From Antedon mediterranea (Eukaryota > Animalia > Echinodermata), in the NCBI RefSeq assembly GCF_964355755.1, contig NC_092670.1:27888388-27952387 (forward strand): DNA of 64,000 bases, given 5' to 3'. Below are positions 38,001 through 50,569 of the stretch, piece by piece. The position numbers were made by a program, and so were the translations under genes. The notes beneath the pieces were generated by a model. The model was not told the origin of the DNA. It searched no databases and was given only the letters and a program-made list of their open reading frames with translations. Numbering within the stretch: the stretch's first letter is position 1; every line of letters starts with the position of its first letter.

Positions 38001-41000
38001 AAACGTCTCCAAATGCGATTTGAAGCTATTCTGTACACTTTGCTGTTTTGTGTGAATAATTTTTGTTGAAATGCTCAAAATGGTCAAAAACGTTTTTAAA
38101 TACTATATTAAGCTATTTTGTGTTCTTTGATGTTTTTGTGTGAAAAGTTTTATCGAAATGCTCAAAATGGTCTAAAACGGTTTCTAATGTGATTTTAAGC
38201 ACTTTGATGTTTTTATGTTAACAACTTTTTTAGAAAATCACAAAATGGTCTAAAACGTCTCCAAATGCGATTTGAAGCAATTCTAAGCACTTTGGTGTCT
38301 TTATGGTAACGAGTTTTTTTGAATATCACAAAATGGTCTAAAACGTCTCCAAATGCATTTTGAAGCTTTTCTAAGCACTTTGGTGTTTTTATGTTTACAA
38401 GTTTTTTCGAAAATCACAAAATGGTCTAAAACGGCTCCAAATACGATTTGAAGCTATTCTAAGCACTTTGGTGTTTTTATGTTAACAAGTTTTTTCGAAA
38501 ATCACAAAATGGTCTAAAACGTCTCCAAATGCGATTTGAAGCTATTCTAAGCACTTTGGTGTTTTTATGTTAACAAGTTTTTTCGAAAATCACAAAATGG
38601 TGTAAAACGTCTCCAAATGCGATTTGAAGCTATTCTAAGCAATTTTGTGTTTTTATGTTAACAAGTTTTTTCGAAAATCACAAAATGGTCTAAAACGTCT
38701 CCAAATGCGATTTGAAGCTATTCTAAGCACTTTTGTGTTTTTATGTTAACAAGTTTTTTCGAAAATCACAAAATGGTCTAAAATGTCTCAAAATGCGATT
38801 TGAAGCTATTCTGTACACTTTGCTGTTTTGTGTGAATAATTTTTGTCAAAATGCTCAAAATGGTCAAAAACGTTTTTAAATACTATATTAAGCTATTTTG
38901 TGTTCTTTGATGTTTTTGTGTGAAAAGTTTTTTCGAAATGCTCAAAATGGTCTAAAACGGTTTCTAATGTGATTTTAAGCACTTTGATGTTTTTATGTTA
39001 ACAACTTTTTTAGAAAATTACAAAATGGTCTAAAACGTCTCCAAATGCAATTTGAAGCAATTCTAAGCACTTTGGTGTTTTTATGTTAACAAGTTTTTTC
39101 GAAAATCACAAAATGGTCTAAAACGTCTCCAAATGCGATTTGAAGCTATTCTGTACACTTTGCTGTTTTGTGTGAATAATTTTTGTTGAAATGCTCAAAA
39201 TGGTCAAAAACGTTTTTAAATACGATATTAAGCTATTTTGTGCTCTTTGATGTTTTTGTGTGAAAAGTTTTATCGAAATGCTCAAAATGGTCTAAAACGG
39301 TTTCTAATGTGATTTTAAGCACTTTGGTGTTTTTATGTTAACAAGTTTTTTCGAAAATCACAAAATGGTCTAAAACGTCTCCAAATGTGATTTGAAGCTA
39401 TTCTAAACACTTTGGTGTTTTTATGTTAACAAGTTTTTTCGAAAATCACAAATTGGTCTAAAACGTCTCCAAATGCGATTTGAAGCTATTTTAAGCACTT
39501 TGGTGTTTTTGTGTAACCAAGTTTTTTCGAAAATCACAAAAGGGTCTAAAATGTCTCAAAATGCGATTTGAAGCTATTCTGTACACTTTGATGTTTTTTT
39601 GTTAACAAGTTTTTTCGAAAGTCTCAAAATGGTCTAAAAAGTCTCCAAATGCGATTTGAAGCTATTCTAAGCACTTTGGTGTTTTTATGTTAACAAGTTT
39701 TATCGAAAATCACAAAATGGTGTAAAACGTCTCCAAATGCGATTTGAAGCTATTCTAAGCACTTTGGTGTTTTTATGTTAACAAGTTTTTTCGAAAATCA
39801 CAAAATGGTGTAAAACGTCTCCAAATGCGATTTTAAGCTATTCTAAGCAATTTGGTGTTTTTATGTTAACAAGTTTTTTCGAAAATCACAAAATGGTCTA
39901 AAACGTCTCCAAATGCGATTTGAAGCTATTCTGTACACTTTGCTGTTTTGTGAGAATAATTTTTGTCGAAATGCTCAAAATGGTCAAAAACGTTTTTAAA
40001 TACGATATTAAGCTATTTTGTGCTCTTTGATGTTTTTGTGTGAAAAGTTTTATCGAAATGCTCAAAATGGTCTAAAACGGTTTCTAATGTGATTTTAAGC
40101 ACTTTGATGTTTTTATGTTAACAACTTTTTTAGAAAATTACAAAATGGTGTAAAACGTCTCCAAATGCGATTTGAAGCTATTCTAAGCAATTTCGTGTTT
40201 TTATGTTAACAAGTTTTTTCGAAAATCACAAAATGGTCTAAAACGTCTCCAAATGCGATTTGAAGCTATTCTAAGCACTTTTGTGTTTTTATGTTAACAA
40301 GTTTTTTCGAAAATCACAAAATGGTCTAAAATGTCTCCAAATGCGATTTTAAGGTATTCTAAGCACTTTGGTGTTTTTATGTTAACAAGTTTTTTCGAAA
40401 ATCACAAAATGGTCTAAAACGTCTCCAAATGAGATTTTAAGGTATTCTAAGCACTTTGGTGTTTTTATGTTAACAAGTTTTTTCGAAAATCACAAAATGG
40501 TCTAAAACGTCTACAAATGCGATTTGAAGCTATTCTAAGCACTTTGGTGTTTTTATGTTAACAAGTTTTTTCGAAAATCACAAAATGGTCTAAAACGTCT
40601 CCAAATGCGATTTGAAGCTATTCTGTACACTTTGCTGTTTTGTGTGAATAATTTTTGTCGAAATGCTCAAAATGGTCAAAAACGTTTTTAAATACGATAT
40701 TAAGCTATTTTGTGCTCTTTGATGTTTTTGTGTGAAAAGTTTTATCGAAATGCTCAAAATGGTCTAAAACGGTTTCTAATGTGATTTTAAGCACTTTGAT
40801 GTTTTTATGTTAACAACTTTTTTAGAAAATCACAAAATGGTCTAAAACGTCTCCAAATGCGATTTGAAGCAATTCTAAGCACTTTGGTGTTTTTATGGTA
40901 ACGAGTTTTTTTGAATATCACAAAATGGTCTAAAATGTCTCCAAATGCGATTTGAAGCTATTCTGTACACTTTGATGTTTTTTTGTTAACAAGTTTTTTC

Positions 41001-41193
41001 GAAAGTCACAAAATGGTCTAAAACGTCTCCAAATGCGATTTGAAACTATTCTAAGCACTTTGGTGTTTTTATGTTAACAAGTTTTTTCGAAAATCACAAA
41101 ATGGGGTAAAACGTCTCCAAATGCGATTTGAAGCTATTCTAAGCACTTTGGTGTTTTTATGTTAACAAGTTTTTTCGAAAATCACAAAATGGT
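32013..41193 (+). repeat. 4569-bp tandem duplication (37 A plus 8 BC = 53 monomers per unit)
   Basis: Eight consecutive B starts (32179 to 36056) recur at +4569 (36748 to 40625). Private variants ggtgtcttta and aatgcattttg occur at about 33725/38294 and 33783/38352. Confidence 0.9.
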
Positions 41194-44100
41194 GTAAAAC
41201 TTCTCCAAATACGATTTTAAGCTATTCTAAGCAATTTGGTGTTTTTATGTTAACAAGTTTTTTCGAAAATCACAAAATGGTCTAAAACGTCTCCAAATGC
41301 GATTTGAAGCTATTCTGTACACTTTGCTGTTTTGTGTGAATAATTTTTGTTGAAATGCTCAAAATGGTCAAAAACGTTTTTAAATACTATATTAAGCTAT
41401 TTTGTGCTCTTTGATGTTTTTGTGTGAAAAGTTTTTTCGAAATGCTCAAAATGGTCTAAAACGGTTTCTAATGTGATTTTAAGCACTTTGATGTTTTTAT
41501 GTTAACAACTTTTTTAGAAAATTACAAAATGGTGTAAAACGTCTCCAAATGCGATTTGAAGCTATTCTAAGCACTTTGGTGTTTTTATGGTAACGAGTTT
41601 TTTTGAATATCACAAAATGGTCTAAAATGTCTCCAAATGCGATTTGAAGCTTTTCTAAGCACTTTGGTGTTTTTATGTTAACAAGTTTTTTCGAAAATCA
41701 CAAAATGGACTAAAACGTCTCCAAATGTGATTTGAAGCTATTCTAAACACTTTGGTGTTTTTATGTTAACAAGTTTTTTCGAAAATCACAAATTGGTCTA
41801 AAACGTCTCCAAATGCGATTTGAAGCTAGTTTAAGCACTTTGGTGTTTTTGTGTAACCAAGTTTTTTCGAAAATCACAAAAGGGTCTAAAATGTCTCAAA
41901 ATGCGATTTGAAGCTATTCTGTACACTTTGATGTTTTTTTTGTTAACAAGTTTTTTCGAAAGTCACAAAATGGTCTAAAACGTCTCCAAATGCGATTTGA
42001 AGCTATTCTAAGCACTTTGGTGTTTTTATGTTAACAAGTTTTTTCGAAAATCACAAAATGGTGTAAAACGTCTCCAAATGCGATTTGAAGCTATTCTAAG
42101 CAATTTGGTGTTTTTATGTTAACAAGTTTTTTCGAAAATCACAAAATGGTGTAAAACGTCTCCAAATGCGATTTTAAGCTATTCTAAGCAATTTGGTGTT
42201 TTTTTATGTTAACAAGTTTTTTCGAAAATCACAAAATGGTCTAAAACGTCTCCAAATGCGATTTGAAGCTATTCTGTACACTTTGCTGTTTTGTGAGAAT
42301 AATTTTTGTCGAAATGCTCAAAATGGTCAAAAACGTTTTTAAATACGATATTAAGCTATTTTGTGCTCTTTGATGTTTTTGTGTGAAAAGTTTTATCGAA
42401 ATGCTCAAAATGGTCTAAAACGGTTTCTAATGTGATTTTAAGCACTTTGGTGTTTTTATGTTAACAAGTTTTTTCGAAAATCACAAAATGGTCTAAAACG
42501 TCTCCAAATGTGATTTGAAGCTATTCAAAACACTTTGGTGTTTTTATGTTAACAAGTTTTTTCGAAAATCACAAATTGGTCTAAAACGTCTCCAAATGCG
42601 ATTTGAAGCTATTTTAAGCACTTTGGTGTTTTTGTGTAACCAAGTTTTTTCGAAAATCACAAAAGGGTCTAAAATGTCTCAAAATGCGATTTGAAGCTAT
42701 TCTGTACACTTTGATGTTTTTTTGTTAACAAGTTTTTTCGAAAGTCACAAAATGGTCTAAAACGTCTCCAAATGCGATTTGAAGCTATTCTAAGCACTTT
42801 GCTGTATTGTGTGAATAATTTTTGTCGAAATGCTCAAAATGGTCAAAAACGTTTTTAAATACGATATTAAGCTATTTTGTGCTCTTTGATGTTTTTGTGT
42901 GAAAAGTTTTATCGAAATGCTCAAAATGGTCTAAAACGGTTTCTAATGTGATTTTAAGCACTTTGATGTTTTTATGTTAACAACTTTTTTAGAAAATCAC
43001 AAAATGGTCTAAAACGTTTCCAAATGCGATTTGAAGCAATTCTAAGCACTTTGGTGTTTTTATGGTAACGAGTTTTTTTGAATATCACAAAATGGTCTAA
43101 AATGTCTCCAAATGCGATTTGAAGCTTTTCTAAGCACTTTGGTGTTTTTATGTTAACAAGTTTTTTCGAAAATCACAAAATGGTCTAAAACGTCTCCAAA
43201 TGCGATTTGAAGCTATTCTGTACACTTTGCTGTTTTGTGTGAATAATTTTTGTCGAAATGCTCAAAATGGTCAAAAACGTTTTTAAATACGATATTAAGC
43301 TATTTTGTGCTCTTTTATGTTTTTGTGTGAAAAGTTTTATCGAAATGCTCAAAATGGTCTAAAACGGTTTCTAATGTGATTTTAAGCACTTTGATGTTTT
43401 TATGTTAACAACTTTTTTAGAAAATCACAAAATGGTCTAAAACGTCTCCAAATGCGATTTGAAGCAATTCTAAGCACTTTGGTGTTTTTATGGTAACGAG
43501 TTTTTTTGAATATCACAAAATGGTCTAAAATGTCTCCAAATGCGATTTGAAGCTTTTCTAAGCACTTTGGTGTTTTTATGGTAACGAGTTATTTCGAAAA
43601 TCACAAAATGGTCTAAAACGTCTCCAAATGCGATTTGAAGCTATTCTGTACACTTTGCTGTTTTGTGTGAATAATTTTTGTCAAAATGCTCAAAATGGTC
43701 AAAAACGTTTTTAAATACTATATTAAGCTATTTTGTGCTCTTTGATGTTTTTGTGTGAAAAGTTTTATCGAAATGCTCAAAATGGTCTAAAACGGTTTCT
43801 AATGTGATTTTAAGCACTTTGATGTTTTTATGTTAACAACTTTTTTAGAAAATTACAAAATGGTGTAAAACGTCTCCAAATGCGATTTGAAGCTATTCTA
43901 AGCAATTTGGTGTTTTTATGTTAACAAGTTTTTTCGAAAATCACAAAATGGTCTAAAACGTCTCCAAATGCGATTTGAAGCTATTCTAAGCACTTTTGTG
44001 TTTTTATGTTAACAAGTTTTTTCGAAAATCACAAAATGGTCTAAAATGTCTCCAAATGCGATTTGAAGCTTTTCTAAGCACTTTTGTGTTTTTATGTTTA

Positions 44101-44460
44101 CAAGTTTTTTCGAAAATCACAAAATGGTCTAAAACGTCTCCAAATGCGATTTGAAGCTATTCTGTACACTTTGCTGTTTTGTGTGAATAATTTTTGTCAA
44201 AATGCTCAAAATGGTCAAAAACGTTTTTAAATACTATATTAAGCTATTTTGTGTTCTTTGATGTTTTTATGTGAAAAATTTTATCGAAATGCTCAAAATG
44301 GTCTAAAACGGTTTCTAATGTGATTTTAAGAACTTTGATGTTTTTATGTTAAAAACTTTTTTAGAAAATCACAAAATGGTCTAAAACGTCTCCAAATGCG
44401 ATTTGAAGCAATTCTAAGCACTTTGGTGTTTTTATGTTAACACGTTTTTTCGAAAATCAC
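40625..44460 (+). repeat. Block Z copy (A-run pattern 6,9,4,3,3,4); other copies at about 28188-31170 (partial), 50570-54980 and 60003-64000
   Basis: Same B spacing (692, 959, 516, 428, 428, 516) and markers ggggtaaaa, ctagttt, attcaaaacac, aagcactttgctgtattg, gctcttttatg. Confidence 0.85.
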
Positions 44461-47400
44461 AAAATGGTCTACAACGTCTCCAAATGCGATTTGAAGATAT
44501 TCTAAGCACTTTGGTGTTTTTATGTTAACAAGTTTTTTCGAAAATCACAAAGTGGTATAAAACGTCTCCAAATGCGATTTTAAGGTATTCTAAGCACTTT
44601 GGTGTTTTTATGTTAACAAGTTTTTTCGAAAATCACAAAATGGTCTAAAACGTCTCCAAATGTGATTTGAAGCTATTCTAAACACTTTGGTGTTTTTATG
44701 TTAACAAGTTTTTTCGAAAATCACAAATTGGTCTAAAACGTCTCCAAATGCGATTTGAAGCTATTTTAAGCACTTTGGTGTTTTTGTGTAACCAAGTTTT
44801 TTCGAAAATCACAAAAGGGTCTAAAATGTCTCAAAATGCGATTTGAAGCTATTCTGTACACTTTGATGTTTTTATGTTAACAACTTTTTTAGAAAATCAC
44901 AAAATGGTCTAAAACGTCTCCAAATGCGATTTGAAGCAATTCTAAGCACTTTGGTGTTTTTATGGTAACGAGTTTTTTTGAATATCACAAAATGGTCTAA
45001 AATGTCTCCAAATGCGATTTGAAGCTTTTCTAAGCACTTTGGTGTTTTTATGTTAACAAGTTTTTTCGAAAATCACAAAATGGTCTAAAACGTCTCCAAA
45101 TGCGATTTGAAGCTATTCTGTACACTTTGCTGTTTTGTGTGAATAATTTTTGTCGAAATGCTCAAAATGGTCAAAAACGTTTTTAAATACGATATTAAGC
45201 TATTTTGTGCTCTTTGATGTTTTTGTGTGAAAAGTTTTATCGAAATGCTCAAAATGGTCTAAAACGGTTTCTAATGTGATTTTAAGCACTTTGATGTTTT
45301 TATGTTAACAACTTTTTTAGAAAATCACAAAATGGTCTAAAACGTCTCCAAATGCGATTTGAAGCAATTCTAAGCACTTTGGTGTTTTTATGGTAACGAG
45401 TTTTTTTGAATATCACAAAATGGTCTAAAACGTCTCCAAATGCGATTTGAAGCTTTTCTAAGCACTTTGGTGTTTTTATGTTTACAAGTTTTTTCGAAAA
45501 TCACAAAATGGTCTAAAACGGCTCCAAATACGATTTGAAGCTATTCTAAGCACTTTGGTGTTTTTATGTTAACAAGTTTTTTCGAAAATCACAAAATGGT
45601 CTAAAACGTCTCCAAATGCGATTTGAAGCTATTCTAAGCACTTTGGTGTTTTTATGTTAACAAGTTTTTTCGAAAATCACAAAATGGTGTAGAATGTCTC
45701 CAAATGCGATTTGAAGCTATTCTAAGCAATTTTGTGTTTTTATGTTAACAAGTTTTTTCGAAAATCACAAAATGGTGTAAAACGTCTCCAAATGCGATTT
45801 TAAGCTATTCTAAGCACTTTTGTGTTTTTATGTTAACAAGTTTTTTCGAAAATCACAAAATGGTCTAAAATGTCTCCAAATGCGATTTGAAGCTATTCTG
45901 TACACTTTGCTGTTTTGTGTGAATAATTTTTGTCAAAATGCTCAAAATGGTCAAAAACGTTTTTAAATACTATATTAAGCTATTTTGTGTTCTTTGATGT
46001 TTTTGTGTGAAAAGTTTTTTCGAAATGCTCAAAATGGTCTAAAACGGTTTCTAATGTGATTTTAAGCACTTTGATGTTTTTATGTTAACAACTTTTTTAG
46101 AAAATTACAAAATGGTCTAAAACGTCTCCAAATGCAATTTGAAGCAATTCTAAGCACTTTGGTGTTTTTATGTTAACAAGTTTTTTCGAAAATCACAAAA
46201 TGGTCTAAAACGTCTCCAAATGCTATTTGAAGCTATTCTGTACACTTTGCTGTTTTGTGTGAATAATTTTTGTTGAAATGCTCAAAATGGTCAAAAACGT
46301 TTTTAAATACGATATTAAGCTATTTTGTGCTCTTTGATGTTTTTGTGTGAAAAGTTTTATCGAAATGCTCAAAATGGTCTAAAACGGTTTCTAATGTGAT
46401 TTTAAGCACTTTGGTGTTTTTATGTTAACAAGTTTTTTCGAAAATCACAAAATGGTCTAAAATGTCTCCAAATGCGATTTGAAGCTTTTCTAAGCACTTT
46501 GGTGTTTTTATGTTAACAAGTTTTTTCGAAAATCACAAAATGGTCTAAAACGTCTCCAAATGTGATTTGAAGCTATTCTAAACACTTTGGTGTTTTTATG
46601 TTAACAAGTTTTTTCGAAAATCACAAATTGGTCTAAAACGTCTCCAAATGCGATTTGAAGCTATTTTAAGCACTTTGGTGTTTTTGTGTAACCAAGTTTT
46701 TTCGAAAATCACAAAAGGGTCTAAAATGTCTCAAAATGCGATTTGAAGCTATTCTGTACACTTTGATGTTTTTATGTTAACAACTTTTTTAGAAAATCAC
46801 AAAATGGTCTAAAACGTCTCCAAATGCGATTTGAAGCAATTCTAAGCACTTTGGTGTTTTTATGGTAACGAGTTTTTTTGAATATCACAAAATGGTCTAA
46901 AATGTCTCCAAATGCGATTTGAAGCTATTCTAAGCACTTTGGTGTTTTTATGTTAACAAGTTTTTTCGAAAATCACAAAATGGTGTAAAACGTCTCCAAA
47001 TGCGATTTGAAGCTATTCTAAGCACTTTGGTGTTTTTATGTTAACAAGTTTTTTCGAAAATCACAAAATGGTGTAAAACTTCTCCAAATACGATTTTAAG
47101 CTATTCTAAGCAATTTGGTGTTTTTATGTTAACAAGTTTTTTCGAAAATCACAAAATGGTCTAAAACGTCTCCAAATGCGATTTGAAGCTATTCTGTACA
47201 CTTTGCTGTTTTGTGTGAATAATTTTTGTTGAAATGCTCAAAATGGTCAAAAACGTTTTTAAATACTATATTAAGCTATTTTGTGTTCTTTGATGTTTTT
47301 GTGTGAAAAGTTTTATCGAAATGCTCAAAATGGTCTAAAACGGTTTCTAATGTGATTTTAAGCACTTTGATGTTTTTATGTTAACAACTTTTTTAGAAAA

Positions 47401-50400
47401 TCACAAAATGGTCTAAAACGTCTCCAAATGCGATTTGAAGCAATTCTAAGCACTTTGGTGTTTTTATGGTAACGAGTTTTTTTGAATATCACAAAATGGT
47501 CTAAAACGTCTCCAAATGCGATTTGAAGCTTTTCTAAGCACTTTGGTGTTTTTATGTTTACAAGTTTTTTCGAAAATCACAAAATGGTCTAAAACGGCTC
47601 CAAATACGATTTGAAGCTATTCTAAGCACTTTGGTGTTTTTATGTTAACAAGTTTTTTCGAAAATCACAAAATGGTCTAAAACGTCTCCAAATGCGATTT
47701 GAAGCTATTCTAAGCACTTTGGTGTTTTTATGTTAACAAGTTTTTTCGAAAATCACAAAATGGTGTAAAACGTCTCCAAATGCGATTTGAAGCTATTCTA
47801 AGCACTTTTGTGTTTTTATGTTAACAAGTTTTTTCGAAAATCACAAAATGGTCTAAAATGTCTCAAAATGCGATTTGAAGCTATTCTGTACACTTTGCTG
47901 TTTTGTGTGAATAATTTTTGTCAAAATGCTCAAAATGGTCAAAAACGTTTTTAAATACTATATTAAGCTATTTTGTGTTCTTTGATGTTTTTGTGTGAAA
48001 AGTTTTTTCGAAATGCTCAAAATGGTCTAAAACGGTTTCTAATGTGATTTTAAGCACTTTGATGTTTTTATGTTAACAACTTTTTTAGAAAATTACAAAA
48101 TGGTCTAAAACGTCTCCAAATGCAATTTGAAGCAATTCTAAGCACTTTGGTGTTTTTATGTTAACAAGTTTTTTCGAAAATCACAAAATGGTCTAAAACG
48201 TCTCCAAATGCGATTTGAAGCTATTCTGTACACTTTGCTGTTTTGTGTGAATAATTTTTGTTGAAATGCTCAAAATGGTCAAAAACGTTTTTAAATACGA
48301 TATTAAGCTATTTTGTGCTCTTTGATGTTTTTGTGTGAAAAGTTTTATCGAAATGCTCAAAATGGTCTAAAACGGTTTCTAATGTGATTTTAAGCACTTT
48401 GGTGTTTTTATGTTAACAAGTTTTTTCGAAAATCACAAAATGGTCTAAAACGTCTCCAAATGTGATTTGAAGCTATTCTAAACACTTTGGTGTTTTTATG
48501 TTAACAAGTTTTTTCGAAAATCACAAATTGGTCTAAAACGTCTCCAAATGCGATTTGAAGCTATTTTAAGCACTTTGGTGTTTTTGTGTAACCAAGTTTT
48601 TTCGAAAATCACAAAAGGGTCTAAAATGTCTCAAAATGCGATTTGAAGCTATTCTGTACACTTTGATGTTTTTTTGTTAACAAGTTTTTTCGAAAGTCTC
48701 AAAATGGTCTAAAAAGTCTCCAAATGCGATTTGAAGCTATTCTAAGCACTTTGGTGTTTTTATGTTAACAAGTTTTATCGAAAATCACAAAATGGTGTAA
48801 AACGTCTCCAAATGCGATTTGAAGCTATTCTAAGCACTTTGGTGTTTTTATGTTAACAAGTTTTTTCGAAAATCACAAAATGGTGTAAAACGTCTCCAAA
48901 TGCGATTTTAAGCTATTCTAAGCAATTTGGTGTTTTTATGTTAACAAGTTTTTTCGAAAATCACAAAATGGTCTAAAACGTCTCCAAATGCGATTTGAAG
49001 CTATTCTGTACACTTTGCTGTTTTGTGAGAATAATTTTTGTCGAAATGCTCAAAATGGTCAAAAACGTTTTTAAATACGATATTAAGCTATTTTGTGCTC
49101 TTTGATGTTTTTGTGTGAAAAGTTTTATCGAAATGCTCAAAATGGTCTAAAACGGTTTCTAATGTGATTTTAAGCACTTTGATGTTTTTATGTTAACAAC
49201 TTTTTTAGAAAATTACAAAATGGTGTAAAACGTCTCCAAATGCGATTTGAAGCTATTCTAAGCAATTTCGTGTTTTTATGTTAACAAGTTTTTTCGAAAA
49301 TCACAAAATGGTCTAAAACGTCTCCAAATGCGATTTGAAGCTATTCTAAGCACTTTTGTGTTTTTATGTTAACAAGTTTTTTCGAAAATCACAAAATGGT
49401 CTAAAATGTCTCCAAATGCGATTTTAAGGTATTCTAAGCACTTTGGTGTTTTTATGTTAACAAGTTTTTTCGAAAATCACAAAATGGTCTAAAACGTCTC
49501 CAAATGCGATTTGAAGCTATTCTAAGCACTTTGGTGTTTTTATGTTAACAAGTTTTTTCGAAAATCACAAAATGGTGTAAAACTTCTCCAAATACGATTT
49601 TAAGCTATTCTAAGCAATTTGGTGTTTTTATGTTAACAAGTTTTTTCGAAAATCACAAAATGGTATAAAACGTCTCCAAATACGATTTGAAGCAATTCTA
49701 AGCACTTTGGTGTTTTTATGTTAACAAGTTTTTTCGAAAATTACAAAATGGTATAAAACGTCTCCAAATGCGATTTGAAGATTTTCTAAGCACTTTGGTG
49801 TTTTTATGTTTACAAGTTTTTTCGAAAATCACAAAATGGTCTAAAACGTCTCCAAATGCGATTTGAAGCTATTCTGTACACTTTGCTGTTTTGTGTGAAT
49901 AATTTTGTCAAAATGCTCAAAATGGTCAAAAACGTTTTTAAATACTATATTAAGCTATTTTGTGTTCTTTGATGTTTTTGTGTGAAAAGTTTTATCGAAA
50001 TGCTCAAAATGGTCTAAAACGGTTTCTAATGAAATGATTTTAAGAACTTTGATGTTTTTATGTTAACAACTTTTTTAGAAAATCACAAAATGGTCTAAAA
50101 CGTCTCCAAATGCGATTTGAAGCATTTCTAAGCACTTTGGTGTTTTTATGTTAACAAGTTTTTTCGAAAATCACAAAATGGTATAAAACCTCTCCAAATG
50201 CGATTTTAAGGTATTCTAAGCACTTTGGTGTTTTTATGTTAACAAGTTTTTTCGAAAATCACAAAATGGTCTAAAACGTCTACAAATGCGATTTGAAGCT
50301 ATTCTAAGCACTTTGGTGTTTTTATGTTAACAAGTTTTTTCGAAAATCACAAAATGGTATAAAACGTCTCCAAATGAGATTTTAAGGTATTCTAAGCACT

Positions 50401-50569
50401 TTGGTGTTTTTATGTTAACAAGTTTTTTCGAAAATCACAAAATGGTCTAAAACGTCTACAAATGCGATTTGAAGCTATTCTAAGCACTTTGGTGTTTTTA
50501 TGTTAACAAGTTTTTTCGAAAATCACAAAATGGTCTAAAACGTCTCCAAATGCGATTTGAAGCTATTCT

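Noticed and set aside
45686-45700. Odd word ggtgtagaatgtc as a possible insertion footprint
   Set aside because: Monomer length is unchanged; it is only substitutions in ggtgtaaaacgtc.
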